Assembly (NCBI GenBank): GCA_014905635.1
Contig: CM026547.1
Location: 868,001-932,000, forward strand
DNA from: Scenedesmus sp. PABB004
Lineage: Eukaryota
Direction of reading: 5' to 3'
DNA length: 64,000 nt
The notes under the pieces were generated by a model, which ran no database searches, had not been told where the DNA came from, and saw only the letters and a list, made by a program, of their open reading frames with translations. A program made the position numbers and the translations under genes. How positions within the stretch are numbered: position 1 is the first letter of the stretch; each line of letters starts with the position of its first letter. This document shows positions 24,665 to 36,023 of this stretch, one piece after another.

Positions 24665-25766
24665 CGGGCCAGCGCCAGCAGCGCGGCGCGCCGCCGCCGG
24701 GGCCGGGCCGGCGCGCCTACGCGCTGACGCCGCTCCGCCGTCCTGGCGCGGGGGGCCTCGCGGCCAGCGGCGCCGCCTCGGCCGGGCTGGGCAGGCGCGC
24801 GCGCCGCGCCTTGGCGCGGGGCAAACCAAGCGCACGGCGCGGCGGCCGCACTCACGCCACGGTGAGAGCCCCGGGCGAGCACTGCTTGCGCCGCGCGCCT
24901 TTCCACGCAGCTAGCCGCGAGCACCTCACACACTGCACACTTGCCGGGGAAGGGCCATGCCGGGGTCGCACAGCGTGCCGTTGGTGGTGGTTTTGCTCGG
25001 AGCGTGGCGCGCCGCCTTTGCGCGCCCTCGCGTGCACGGAGGCCTCCCCGCCGCGCCGCGCGCGCACTGCACGAAAACTCGAACAGCGTTATTCGTGAAA
25101 GGAGGGGGAGGGCGAGAGAGCGGGGGGGGGGGGGGGGCAAGCGCGCACGCGCGTGTGCGGCGGCCGTGCGGCGGCCTGGCCGACGAACGCGCGCATTCCT
25201 CATCACTTGCCACTGGCGGCACCTGGCGGCGTCGGGGCAAAAGAGGGGGCGGCCTAGTACGACGCGGCGAGAGGGGAACGGCGGCGCGCGCGGAACGCCT
25301 GCCGCGATCTGTGTGCAACCTTGCGGGTCTGGACGGCCGCTGCTGCTTCAGCCCCGCGCGCCCCCCGCCGCGGCCTCCCCTCCGCAGCCGCGCACCGGCG
25401 GCAGCGCAGCCGGCTGCGCCGCCGCCGCTGCGGCGCCGCGCCCGCGCGCGGCGGCACCGGCGCTGGCACCGGCTGCCGGTGACGCCGCTGCGCTTGCGCT
25501 TGGTGCTGACAGTGAGGCAGCACGGCTCAGCGCGAGTGCGTTCCCGCGGTCGAGAGCTCGCCCGGCTCTGGGCGCCCGTGGCGTGTGGGCGTGGCGCGAC
25601 ATCGCGGGCCCCAGTCTGCTCGAGCGCCTGCCCGCGCGCCTGCGCCGCCGCAACGCGCGCGCCCGGCCGCGCTGACCGCGCGTGCGCAGCCGCCCCACGG
25701 ACGCGTACGGAGCGAGCGAGAAGCAGGACCGCCGGGGTTTCTCCTGACCTTCCAGTCCCGGTCAGG

Positions 25767-25774
25767 TATATATA
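25767..25774 (+). promoter_or_regulatory. TATA box candidate for the secreted Pro/Gly-rich gene
   Basis: TATATATA in very GC-rich DNA, about 130 bp upstream of the ATG at 25904. Confidence 0.6.
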
Positions 25775-25903
25775 GCTGCATGCCACGATCGCCGCCCGCC
25801 CGCCGGAGGCACGCCGGCATTCTCCTTGCCGCAGTCGCCCATCCACCCAACCCGCTGCTCGAGCAGCACGAGCTCGTGCCGCGCGGCCCTACTTTCCTTC
25901 GCC

Positions 25904-28128
25904 ATGGCGCGCTGCCGGCGCACCCTGCTGGCCCTGGCCGCCCTGGCCGCGCTGCTCCTGATCATGGCTGACGCCGCTCCCGGCGGCGGTGGGGGCGGTG
26001 GTGGCAATGGTGGGGGCAATGGCGGTGGCGGTGGCGGTGGCGGCAAGCCCGAGGACCCGCCCGGCGGCGGTGGCAACCCCAACGGCCCGCCAGGTGAGGC
26101 CGAGCGCTGGGCGCGGCTGACGCGCCTTCACTCCGGGCCGGCGACCCGGCTCGGAAGTTCCAGCATCTGACGCACAGCCCCGGCAGCCCGTGGCTGCATG
26201 AACGCAGCCGCGGCGCGGCGTGGCGGCATCAGCACACGAGTGCCGCGCCGGGCGCGGCGGCGATCGGCCCCGGGCGGGGGGCGCACGCACGGCGTCACCC
26301 GTACTCGCTGCTGCCGCCGCGCTCGCAGGCGGCGGCCCGCTGCCCGGCGAGAGCCCCAAGCCCCGCGAGAGCCCCAAGCCTGAGGGTGGTGCGTCTCCGC
26401 GCCGGCACGCACCGTCCCCCCTGCGCCGCACGCCGCTGACGCCCACGCCGCGCCGCCGCCGTGCCCGCAGGCGAGCCGCCCGAGAGCCCCGACCCGAATG
26501 GCCCCGTTGGCGGCGAGGGCGCTCCAGATGCGAGCCCAGCGCCCGGCGATGACAAGGGCGGCAGGCCCGGTGACAAGGGCGGCAAGCCCGGCGACAAGGG
26601 CGGTGCGTGTCTGGCGCCGCGCGCGGCTGCCGCCCGCCCTAGCCCCCCCCCCCCGCTCACGCCTGCGCCGCGCCTGCGGGCCGCAGGCAAGCCCGGCGAG
26701 AGCCCTGAGCCCGGCGAGAGCCCCAAGCCCGACGGTGACAAGGGCGGCAAGCCCGGCGACAAGGGCGGTGCGTGTCTGGCGCCGCGCGCGGCTGCCGCCC
26801 GCCCTAGTCCCCCCCCCCGCTCACGCCTGCGCCGCGCCTGCGGGCCGCAGGCAAGCCCGGCGAGAGCCCTGAGCCCGGCGAGAGCCCCAAGCCCGACGGT
26901 GACAAGGGCGGCAAGCCCGGCGACAAGGGCGGTGCGTGTCTGGCGCCGCGCGCGGCTGCCGCCCGCCCTAGTCCCCCCCCCCCCCGCTCACGCCTGCGCC
27001 GCGCCTGCGGGCCGCAGGCAAGCCCGGCGAGAGCCCTGAGCCCGGCGAGAGCCCCAAGCCCGACGGTGACAAGGGCGGCAAGCCCGGCGACAAGGGCGGT
27101 GCGTGTCTGGCGCCGCCGCGCGCCCGCCGCTGCCTGCCCTCGGCACCCGCGCGGCGGCCCCGCCCGCTCACGCCTGCGCCGCGCCTGCCGTCTGCAGGCA
27201 AGCCCGGCAAGAGCCCCAAGCCGGGCGAGAGCCCCAAGCCCGGCGAGAGCCCCAAGCCCGGCAAGCCCAAGTGCGGCGGCGCGGGCCAGCCGTGCTGCAG
27301 TCGGGGCAACAGCGGCGGTGGCCAGCTGTACTGCAATGGCCAGACGCTCGTGTGCGACGGCACCACCGACTCTGGGGTGCCGACCTGCGCCGCGTGCGGC
27401 CTCCTGGGCATAAGGTGCGCGCGCGCGCACCAAACAGGCGCACGCCTACTACTGTCACTGGCGGCCAGGCCGCCGGCGCACGTGTGCGACGCGCCGCGCG
27501 GGACAGCGCCGACCACCGCGCGCCGCGCCGCCGCCGCCGCCGGCTGCCAGGTGCTGCAAGGGAGCCAAGACGCCGAGCGGCAACTCGCTGCGCTCGTGCC
27601 GCGGCAACTTCAAGTGCCTCGAGGGCACCATTCCCGACCCGAGCGACGACGCGAAGAACATCACCGTCGCCGTGTGCCAGGCCAAGGGCAAGAAGCTCAA
27701 CCCCGGCAGGGTGCGCTGATTTCGGCGGCGGCCGCCCGCGCGCGCCTCGTGTGCGCCCGGGCCCCCGCGGCCGCCGGCGGCGCGGCAGGGCCGTGCGCGC
27801 GCGCGCCCGCGGGCGCACACACACCTGCTGCGCCGCTCACCACGCGCCCGCCGCCCCTCACCGCCGCTGCCAGATCAACGACTCCGACCTGTCCGACGGC
27901 GACGGCTTGAGGGTCGTCGACACGCCTGCCAGCCCCGAGCCCGGCAGCTCCCCCTCGCCCGAGCCCGACAGCTCCTCCTCGCCCGAGCCGGGGAGCCCCT
28001 CGCCCGAGCCCGACAGCCCCAGCCCCTCGCCCGAGCCCGACAGCCCCAGCCCCTCGCCCGAGCCCGACAGCCCCTCGCCCGACCCCACGACGACGCCCGA
28101 TCCCAACACCTCCTCGCCGGCCCCTTGA
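25904..28128 (+). CDS. Secreted Gly/Pro-rich (HRGP-like) protein with KPGESP/GDKG repeats, two Cys-rich modules and an SP-rich tail (9 exons)
   Basis: Signal peptide MARCRRTLLALAALAALLLIMADA; phase-consistent GT-AG introns; CGGAGQPCC and CGLLGIRCC modules; SPSPEPD repeats; TGTAA at 28633. Confidence 0.85.
26603..27197 (+). repeat. Tandem ~165-bp intron+exon repeat (about 3.5 copies)
   Basis: Three identical 81-nt exons (26687-26767, 26851-26931, 27018-27098) separated by near-identical introns differing mainly in poly-C length. Confidence 0.95.
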
Positions 28129-28898
28129 GCATGCAATGCGCTGGGTGAAGACTGAGAACGTAGCACGCGGGGCTGGGTCGGGGCATGTGCCGGCGACGCC
28201 GCGTGGGCCGTTGCTGTCAGACTTGGGACTTGGTCGCCCGCCAGCCGGACGCTGGCGTGGACACTGGGTGGCTGCTGCTGCTGCATGCAGCGCATGCACG
28301 AGCACATCCAAAGGGACGCACTTGCTGCACTTGATCGCCCCTCATCCGCGCCCAGCTCCTCGCCAGCCGCTGCTCAGATCCTTTGGTGGCACGCGCGCGC
28401 AACCGGGTGGGACCCCCCGCCCGCAGCATTTCATCGCCGCGGGGGCGCTGATTCCCAGGCTCTGCCGCGCTCTCTTTGTTCCCACAAGCGCCGCGGCTCT
28501 TCGCCGCCACTGCGCACCAGCGCGGCGCGCAGCGCTGGTGCTAACGTGCAGCTTGATTGCCACGTGACTGTTGCTGCCCGCCACCATCTCACACCTGCCG
28601 GCCCTCTGCACTTGAGCCCCTCGCCGCCGCGCTGTAATGGAAAGAGCGCCCTTGCGCGAGGGAGGGGGCCGCCCCATGGTTGGGGCCTGCGCGGGCGAAC
28701 GGGTAACCAGCCGCGGACGGTGGGGCAGAATCCGCTGCTGAGCACGCGCCGCGCGCGCAGCCGCGCGGCGCCAACGGCCTGTTACAGCAGCTTGGCCAAG
28801 CGCCACCCCGCGCATTCACAGCCGTGCCTGGCTGAGCGCAACGCCAGCATTCGCAGCCGTGCCTGGCCAGCCATGGCTGAGCGCAACGCCGACCGCCG

Positions 28899-29595
28899 TC
28901 ACTCATCAAAGTCTAGTGTGAACTCCTCATCATCGTCGGCACCGCCGGCGGCGCGCAGCTGCTCCGAGCCGGCGGCCGCAGCAGCCGCCGCCGCCGCCGC
29001 CGGGCGGCGGCTGCGCCGCCGCGGCGCCGCCCGCCGCCGACGGCTCGCCGTTGGCCGCCGCAGCGCCCGCGCCCGCGGCGGCGGCGGCCGCCTTTTCCTT
29101 TGTGCGCGCGGCGAGGCGGTCGAGAAAGATGGCCAGCACGTCCCGCACCGGCTGGAACACGGGCACGGCGCACTCGGGGCCCGTCGCGTAGCGCAGCAGC
29201 TCGCGCCAGTGGCGCTCCGGCAGCCTCCCCAGCGCGGCCTCGAGCACGCTCGGCGGCAGCGTCAGCAGCACCGGGTACGACGCGGGCGCGGCCTTCTCAG
29301 CAGCGATGAGGAAGCCCCGCCACTGGCTCTCGCTCGTCCACACCTGCGCCCGCGGCGGCGGCGCACGCGGCGCGGCGGCGCGTGGGCGGCGGCGCGGCGC
29401 GGCGGCGGCGCAGGGTGGCCGCCGCGCCGGTCGACCCGCGGGACACGTCTGCGCGCCTGCTTGGTGATGAGTCGCTTGAGCAGCTCCATCACGGTGTCCG
29501 TGAGCTTGGGGCTGATCTGCAGCGCCGTGATGACGGTGCGCATGAACAACTGCGGCAGCGGCGTCAGCGCCTCGAGGCGCCGGATGGCCTGACGC

Positions 29596-29626
<31 letters not shown>

Positions 29627-31176
29627 ACGCGCGTGAGCGTGAGCGGCGCAAGTGAGCGGTGCCGCGCGTGGGTGGTGCGCGGGCGGCGCAGGGCGCGTGG
29701 GCGGCGCGGGGCGCGGCACGGCGCGGCGCGGCGCGCCCGGAACGCCGCGGCCGCCCACCTGCACCACCACGGCCACCGGGAAGACCTCTGGCGCGTGCAG
29801 CGCGACGTCCAGCGCGGCGGTCTGCTGCTTGGTGGTCAGCCGCAGCGGCGGCGCGGGCTTGAGCTGGTGCAGCGCGACGAGCAGCTCCGTGGGCTTGAAC
29901 AGCGGCTCCGCGTCGCCCGCGCGCGACGTGAGCTTGCGGAAGGCGGCGCGCAGCTGCGGCCGGTCGAGCTGCGCAACCAGGTGGGGCAGCAGCCGCGCCG
30001 CCTCCGCCTTGCGCAGGCCCGTCGCGACCGCCGCGAGCAGCTGGACGTCGCCGGTCGCCTCAAAGTGCGCACGCGCGGCGGCCACGAGCGGCGGCGACGG
30101 CGCCGCCGACTCGGCCAGCGCCGCCAGCATCGTCAGCAGCAGGTGCCGCGCGCCCGGCGGCGGCGCCGCCACGAGCGCGAGCAGCGCCGCGTCGGCGGGG
30201 CCGAGCGCGCGCGCGCGAGGCTGGGCGCCCAGCGCTCCATGCCCGCGCGCGCGCCCGCCCCCGCGCCGCCATAGGCCTCCAGCAGCCCCGGCAGCAGCTC
30301 GTGCTTGAGCGCGCACACCGCCATGTACAGCATGCACCGCGTCGCCGCGACCTCCACGTCCAGCTCCGGCTCCGGCTCTGGCTCGGGCTCCGCCTCGGGC
30401 TCTGCCTGCCCGCCTGGCTGCTGCTGCCCCTCACCCTGCGCTGCCTGCTCTCCCTGCCCTGCCTGCGCTGCCTGGCCTGCCTGCTGCTCTGCCTGGCCTG
30501 CCTGCTCCTCCGGCTTGACCGCCGGCTGCCCCCGCCCAGCCGCCGGCGCCGCCGCCGCGCCGCCCTGCGCCGGCTGCTGCTGCTCCTGCTGCTGCTGCAG
30601 CTCCAGGGCCATGAGCTTGCGCGGCTCCAGCAGCAGCAGCAGCTGCTGCCGCGCAAAGCACACCACCTCGTCCTCAAAGGCGGGCCGCGCCTTGAGCTGG
30701 CGCACGACCAGGTTGACAGCCGCCTCGCGTGTGGGCGCCTCCCGGCGCACCGCCGCATCCAGCGCAAAGCGCAGCAGGCGCCGCCGCAGCGGCGGCCGCC
30801 CCTCCATGAGGGCGTCGGCTGCGCCCAGCGCCAGCGCCGCCCAGTCGGGCGCGTCGTCGAGCAGCTGCGCCAGGAAGGCCAGCGTCGGCGACACCGGCAG
30901 CACCGGCGCGTCCGCGAGCAGCCGCGCGATGGCGCCGTCCGTGCTAGGAAGCGTGCGGCGCAGGCCCCGCAGCAGCTCCAGCAGCACCGCTTCATACTCT
31001 GTGCCCGCGAGGTCGGGCGCGTCGCCGCCGCCGCCGGCGCCGTCGCTGCCACGCCGCTGCCCGCCCGGCGAGCCGCCGCCCGCCGCGCCGCCGGGCGCGG
31101 GCTCGCCGTCCGCCATGGGCGCGTCCTCGCCGGCGCCTCCCTGCTCCGGCTGCTGCTGCTGCTGCTGCTGCTCCTG

Positions 31177-31213
<37 letters not shown>

Positions 31214-33744
31214 GGCGGCGAACGCCGACGCGCACCGCCGCCGCCGCCGCCGCCGCCGCCGTCGCCGCCGGCCCGCGCCGCAAGCGCCGCCGCGAGGGCG
31301 TAGAGCCAGCGGACCACGAGCACGTGCCCCCGCCGGCCGTGGAAGTCAGTGAGCACATACTGCAGCACCAGGTCCGCCAGGCCGTCCGCCTGCGGCGCCT
31401 GCGCGACCAGCCGGCTCAGCAGCAGCTCCCGAAAGTGCCGGATCGGCCGGCTCTTGTCCGCGGCGAGGATGCGCTGCACCGCCGCCTGGCGCATGCCCGC
31501 GACCTGCCGGTCGCTCAGGGAGAGCGGCAGCGGGCCGGGCGGCGGCGCGGCGCCCGCCGCGCCCGCGGCCGGCCGCCGCGCGGCGGCCACCGCCGCGCCC
31601 GCCGCCGCGCGGCGCCGCGGGTCGACCGGCGCCGCGGCGACGGCCTGCTGCTGCTGCGCGGCGGCCGCAAACAGCGCGGCCGCGGGCGCCTGGCCCACCA
31701 GCGCCATGGGGCCGCCGAGCGCCGCGTCTGGCACACCGGCGACCGCCGCGGGCTGCGGGACATCGCTCGTGGGCTTGGCTGGCAGATTGTCCATCCACCG
31801 CAGCACCAGCTCCGACAGCACCTCGGGCGGCAGCTGCGCCAGAACCATCTGCGCGCGGCGGCGGCGGCGGCGTCAAGGGCGGCGGCAGCGGCGCCGGTGC
31901 AAGCGGCGCACGCGCCGCGCCAAGCAGAGTTGGCTGCCTGCCCTGGGCCCTGGCGCCCCGCGTGCCGCCGCCCGTACCTCCACGGCCTGGGCCTGCTGGC
32001 TCGCCACGAGCGCCTCCAGCACGCGCTGCACGTCCGTGGTGGGGTCGGCGGTGCGCGACAGGCCCCCCGGCAGCAGCGCGGCCAGCATGTCGCCGCCGCC
32101 GTGCTGCCCGCCTCCCAGCATGGGCGTCGGCGTGGGCGTGCGCGCGGGCGTGTCGCCAATGGACGAGTCGGCGCCCGCGAACGCCACCCCGCGCGCGTGC
32201 TTGGCCTCGGGCCCGCCCTGCTGCTCCGCCTTTCGCTTCTCGGCGCGCGCCCTGCAGCGCGCAGCGTGCGGAGCGGGCGGCGGCGGTGGTGCCGCGGCGC
32301 AGCAGCCACGCCGCACACACGGGCTGGCGCGGCGCGCAGACGCCCGCCCGCGCGCGCCGCGCACCTCGCCGCCTGGCGCTCGATGTGGCGCTGCGCCGAG
32401 TCGGCCACGGCGTCGGCGCCCATCGCCCGCAGCGCGCCGTCCAGCCGCGCCTGCCAGGGCCGCAGGGGCTCGGCGTTGCCGCGCAGCAGGCGGGCCAGCA
32501 CGTCCCTGAGCGCCGCGCCGCAGCTCGCTGCGACGCCTGACTGGCCGTCGCCCGGCGCCGGCGCCTTGAGCACGCCCTGGCGCGCGGGCGGGATGCGGGC
32601 GGGGTCGGGCGTTGCGCGGCGGCGGCCGGGTCGCGCCGCGCCGGGGCGCGGCAGCCGCGGTCGGCGCAGCGCCGCGCGCCGCGGCGCGCGCCGCACCTGC
32701 GTGGCCAGCTCCAGCAGCGGCGGCAGCGCGCCACCCAGCAGCGCGTCGCGCGCGGCGCACAGCGTGGCCAGCGCCTTGATGGCACAGATGGTCACCGGCC
32801 CCGGCTGCGCCGCCGGCGGCGCGAGCAGGCCGCCGAGCGCCGCGACGAGCCCGGCCGCGTCCGCACCCAGCGCCGCCGCGTCGGGCGTGCCCGCCGCCGC
32901 GCCGCCGGTGAAGACGAGCGCCGCCTGCTCGGCGAGCTTGATGCACGCCACGCGCAGGCCCACGTCGCCGCCGCCCGCCGCGAGGCCACGCGCCGTGTCG
33001 GCGAGCTGCCGCGCCGCGCACGCCGCGGCGGCGGCAGCGTCGTCGCCACGCGGCGCCGCCGCGCGCGCCGCGAGGCCCGCGCGCAGCACGGCGTGCGCCG
33101 CGAGCGCCGCGTGCTTTGCGAGCGGGACGTGCTCGTCCTGCAGCAGCGCCGCGAGCGCAGGCGCGGCGTGCGAGATGACGCCCGGCGCGATGCCGCGCGC
33201 CTCCACCGCGGCCGCGAGCAGCTCCACCAGCCGCCGCCGCACCGACGCCGCCTTGTCGACCTGCCGCACGCGGCGGCCGGGGCGGTGGTGTGCGTGTGTG
33301 CGTGTGTGTGTGTGTGGGGGGGGGGTGCGCTGGGGCTGGGGAGAGCGCCCAGCCGCAGCGCGGCGCGTGCGGGCGCCGCCCGGCCCGGCCGCTGCGGCGG
33401 CGTGCTGAGCTGGGGCCGCGCAGCAGCGCGGCCGCGGCACCGCTGTGCTGCTGGCGGTGCCGCGGCGGTCGCGGCGGCGCGCACCTGAAAGTCAAGCAGC
33501 TCCGGCAGGAACGCCTCGAGCAGCGCCGGCTCGCCCTTCACCAGCAGCTCGTGCACCTCGCCCAGATGCTGCACCTGCGCGCGCGCAGGCCAGCAGCGGA
33601 CTGAGCTGAGGTCGCGGCGGCGGGCGCCCGCTGCGGCCGCCGCCGCTACTGCTGCTGCCGCCGCCGCACCTTCTGCGCCGCCTTGCTGGCGAGCTTGGCC
33701 GCGTTGATGGCCACCACCACCATGTCCTCAGTCCCGCCCGACAT
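28899..33744 (-). CDS. SYMPK: Symplekin (Pta1/ESP4-like 3'-end processing scaffold); two apparent frameshifts (near 30210 and 29003)
   Basis: FLPELLDFQVDKAASVRRRLVELL at the N-terminus; C-terminal motifs FKPTELLVALH, PLPQLFMRTVITAL, LKRLITKQVW, WRGFL, SYPVLLTLP; minus-strand TGTAA at 28782-28786. Confidence 0.9.
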
Positions 33745-34094
33745 GGCGCCCGGGCGCCGAGCGCTGGTGGCGAGCGTCAGCCCATCAATCACTCGCTGCT
33801 GCCGCCCCCTGCTGCCGCGTTTTGCCTCCGCAGAGCGCGGCCTCCGGCCAAGAGCCACGGCGCGAGCGGGCGCGCGGGGGTTGAGTTCGGTTGAGCCCTG
33901 GGCAAGTCCAAACCTGCCGCTGCTGAGCGCAGCTTCTCCTCTCCTCAGTCTTCTCTCTGCACCGCCGCCGCAGCACACCGCCGTCTTTGCAGCCGCAGCC
34001 GCACCGCGATCGGCGGCCGCCGCAGCGATCGGCCGCGCGTGCGCCGCCGCCGGAGCAGCGCGCGAGCGGCGGCGAGCGCCGCGAGCGGCGGGCG

Positions 34095-35802
34095 ATGGCC
34101 CCCGACGACGCAGGGGAGCTGGAGGGCTACCTGCGCCGCCGCGTGGCGAAGGCCTTCCCGGGCTACGGGCCGGAGCCGTTCGGCGGTGCGCGCGGCGGCG
34201 GCGGCGGCGTGCGCACGCCCCAGGCGCGCGGCGTGCGCACGCCGCGCGAGACGCCCGCCGCGCCCCGCAGGCGTGGTGGACAAGGTGGATGCCAGAGACG
34301 CGGAGACGCCGTTCCACGTGAGCGGCGGCCGCAGCGCGCGAGCTGCGGGGCGCGGGCGCGCGGGCGCGCGGCCGCCGACGGCGCCCCCTGCTGGCGCGGC
34401 GCAGATCGCCTACGATGACGGCGACAGCGAGTGGGTGTCGGCCGCAGAGTGAGCGCGCAGCGCGGCGGCGCTCGGCGCGCGCCCTCGCCGCGCGGCGCTG
34501 CCCAGTTCACGCCGCCCGCCCGCGCCGCGCAGGCTGCAAAAGATCCTCCTGGCGCCGGCCAGCGCCCGCGGCGGCGGCGCGGCGGCGTCCCAGAGTGAGC
34601 GCCCCCGCGCCCGGCACCGCGGGCAGCTGCACGGCCGGCGCGCGTCCCCGCGCCCACGCATCTTTGCCCGCCCGCCCCGCAGAGAAGCGCGGCCGGCCGC
34701 CCGAGAGCGCGGCGGCTGCCGCGGACGACGCGCCGCCCCGTGAGCGCGCACTCCAGCGGCGGCAGCGTCTGCAGCGCGGCAGCGGCTGCGCGACGACGCC
34801 CCGCCCGCCCGCGCCGCACCGCAGCCAAGAAGCGTGGACGGCCACCCAAGAACGCGGCCGCCGCGGGCGCCCCCGCCGACGCCAAGCCCGCCGACACCGC
34901 AGCCAAGAGTGCGCAGTGCGCTGGGCTCGCTCGCGCCGCGGGCCGTCACCCCGCGCCAGCCCCGCGCCGCTCAGACGGTCGCTCGCGCCCCGCCCACAGA
35001 GCCGCGCGGGCGGCCGCCGTCGGCGGCCAAGGGCGACGAGCAGCCGGCGGGCAGCGGCACCGCTCCTGGCGTCGCGTCGGCCGGCAGGGGCGGCAGGGGC
35101 GGCAGGGGCGGCGGCCGCGGCGGCGGCGGCGGCCGCGGCAGGGGCGGCCGCGGGTCGGGCGCGGGCTCCAGCAGGGCGGCGGCCGCCGCACCGCCGGCCA
35201 GCCCCCTGGTCGACCTGTCCGCCCTGGTCGGCGCCATCGCGCGCAGCGCGGACGCCAGCAAGGTGCGCGGCGCGCCTGTCGGCACGCGCCTGCCCCGTGC
35301 GCGGCGCCGCACGGGCCGCCGCCAACAGCCGCCGCCGCTCCGCGCGCGCCCGAAGCTCGCCGCCGCGCGCCAGGTGTCTCGCGTGGCCTACCGGGGCGCG
35401 GGCGCGGCGGCGCTGCCTGGCATGAGCTCGGCGGTCGTCGCCGGCGGCACGCTGCAAGCGACGCTGTACGGCGCGCCGCGCGCCGCGGCCGCCCCCGGCC
35501 GCGCGGGTGCCAGCGGCGGCGGCGGCGGCGGCGGCGGCCCCGACTATGCGTCAGAGGCGCGGGCGCTGCTGGCGGAGCTCGACCGGCTGCTCGCCGGCGC
35601 GGGCGCGAGCAAGCACGCGCTGGTGCGCGTTCGCGTGACCCTACGGAGCGTCGCTGCCGGCCTGCCCCCATTCAGGGCCGCGTGGGACGCGTGGGTCGAC
35701 TGCGCGTCGCTGCCGGTGCTGACGCTCGTCGAGGGCGCCGGGCCCCTCGCGGGCGCGGGCGTCGTGCTCGAGGCCACCGCGGCGCTGCCGGGCGCGGAGT
35801 AA
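34095..35802 (+). CDS. Tudor-like + 3 AT-hooks + RGG + RidA/YjgF/UK114-fold fusion protein (~358 aa, 8 exons)
   Basis: Exons 34095-34185, 34271-34317, 34405-34448, 34533-34594, 34683-34739, 34825-34908, 35000-35262, 35374-35802 join in frame through GT-AG introns; RRVAKAF...FHIAYDDGDSEW; KKRGRPP x2, KPRGRPP; LAELDRLLAGAGASK...AAWDAWVD. Confidence 0.82.
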
Positions 35803-36023
35803 ACGCTGCCAGCGTTTACTCGACGGTTTGCTTGCGCGCGCGGCGTTAGAACGGCGGCCGCGCGGCGGTTCAACACAGCGGTCCCGCGCCGCCTCTCCCG
35901 TGACCGCGCGCCCATCGCTGCTGCCGCCGCACAGCCGACGCGCCCGCCGCTGCCAGCCGCACAGCCCGGCCGCCGGCGGCCGCGCACCAGCGCGCACGCA
36001 GACGCGCGCGGCGTTCGCTGGCA

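Noticed and set aside
26603..27197. CRISPR-like repeat-spacer array
   Set aside because: Both alternating units are repeated, they are exons and GT-AG introns, and there are no cas genes in this eukaryotic context
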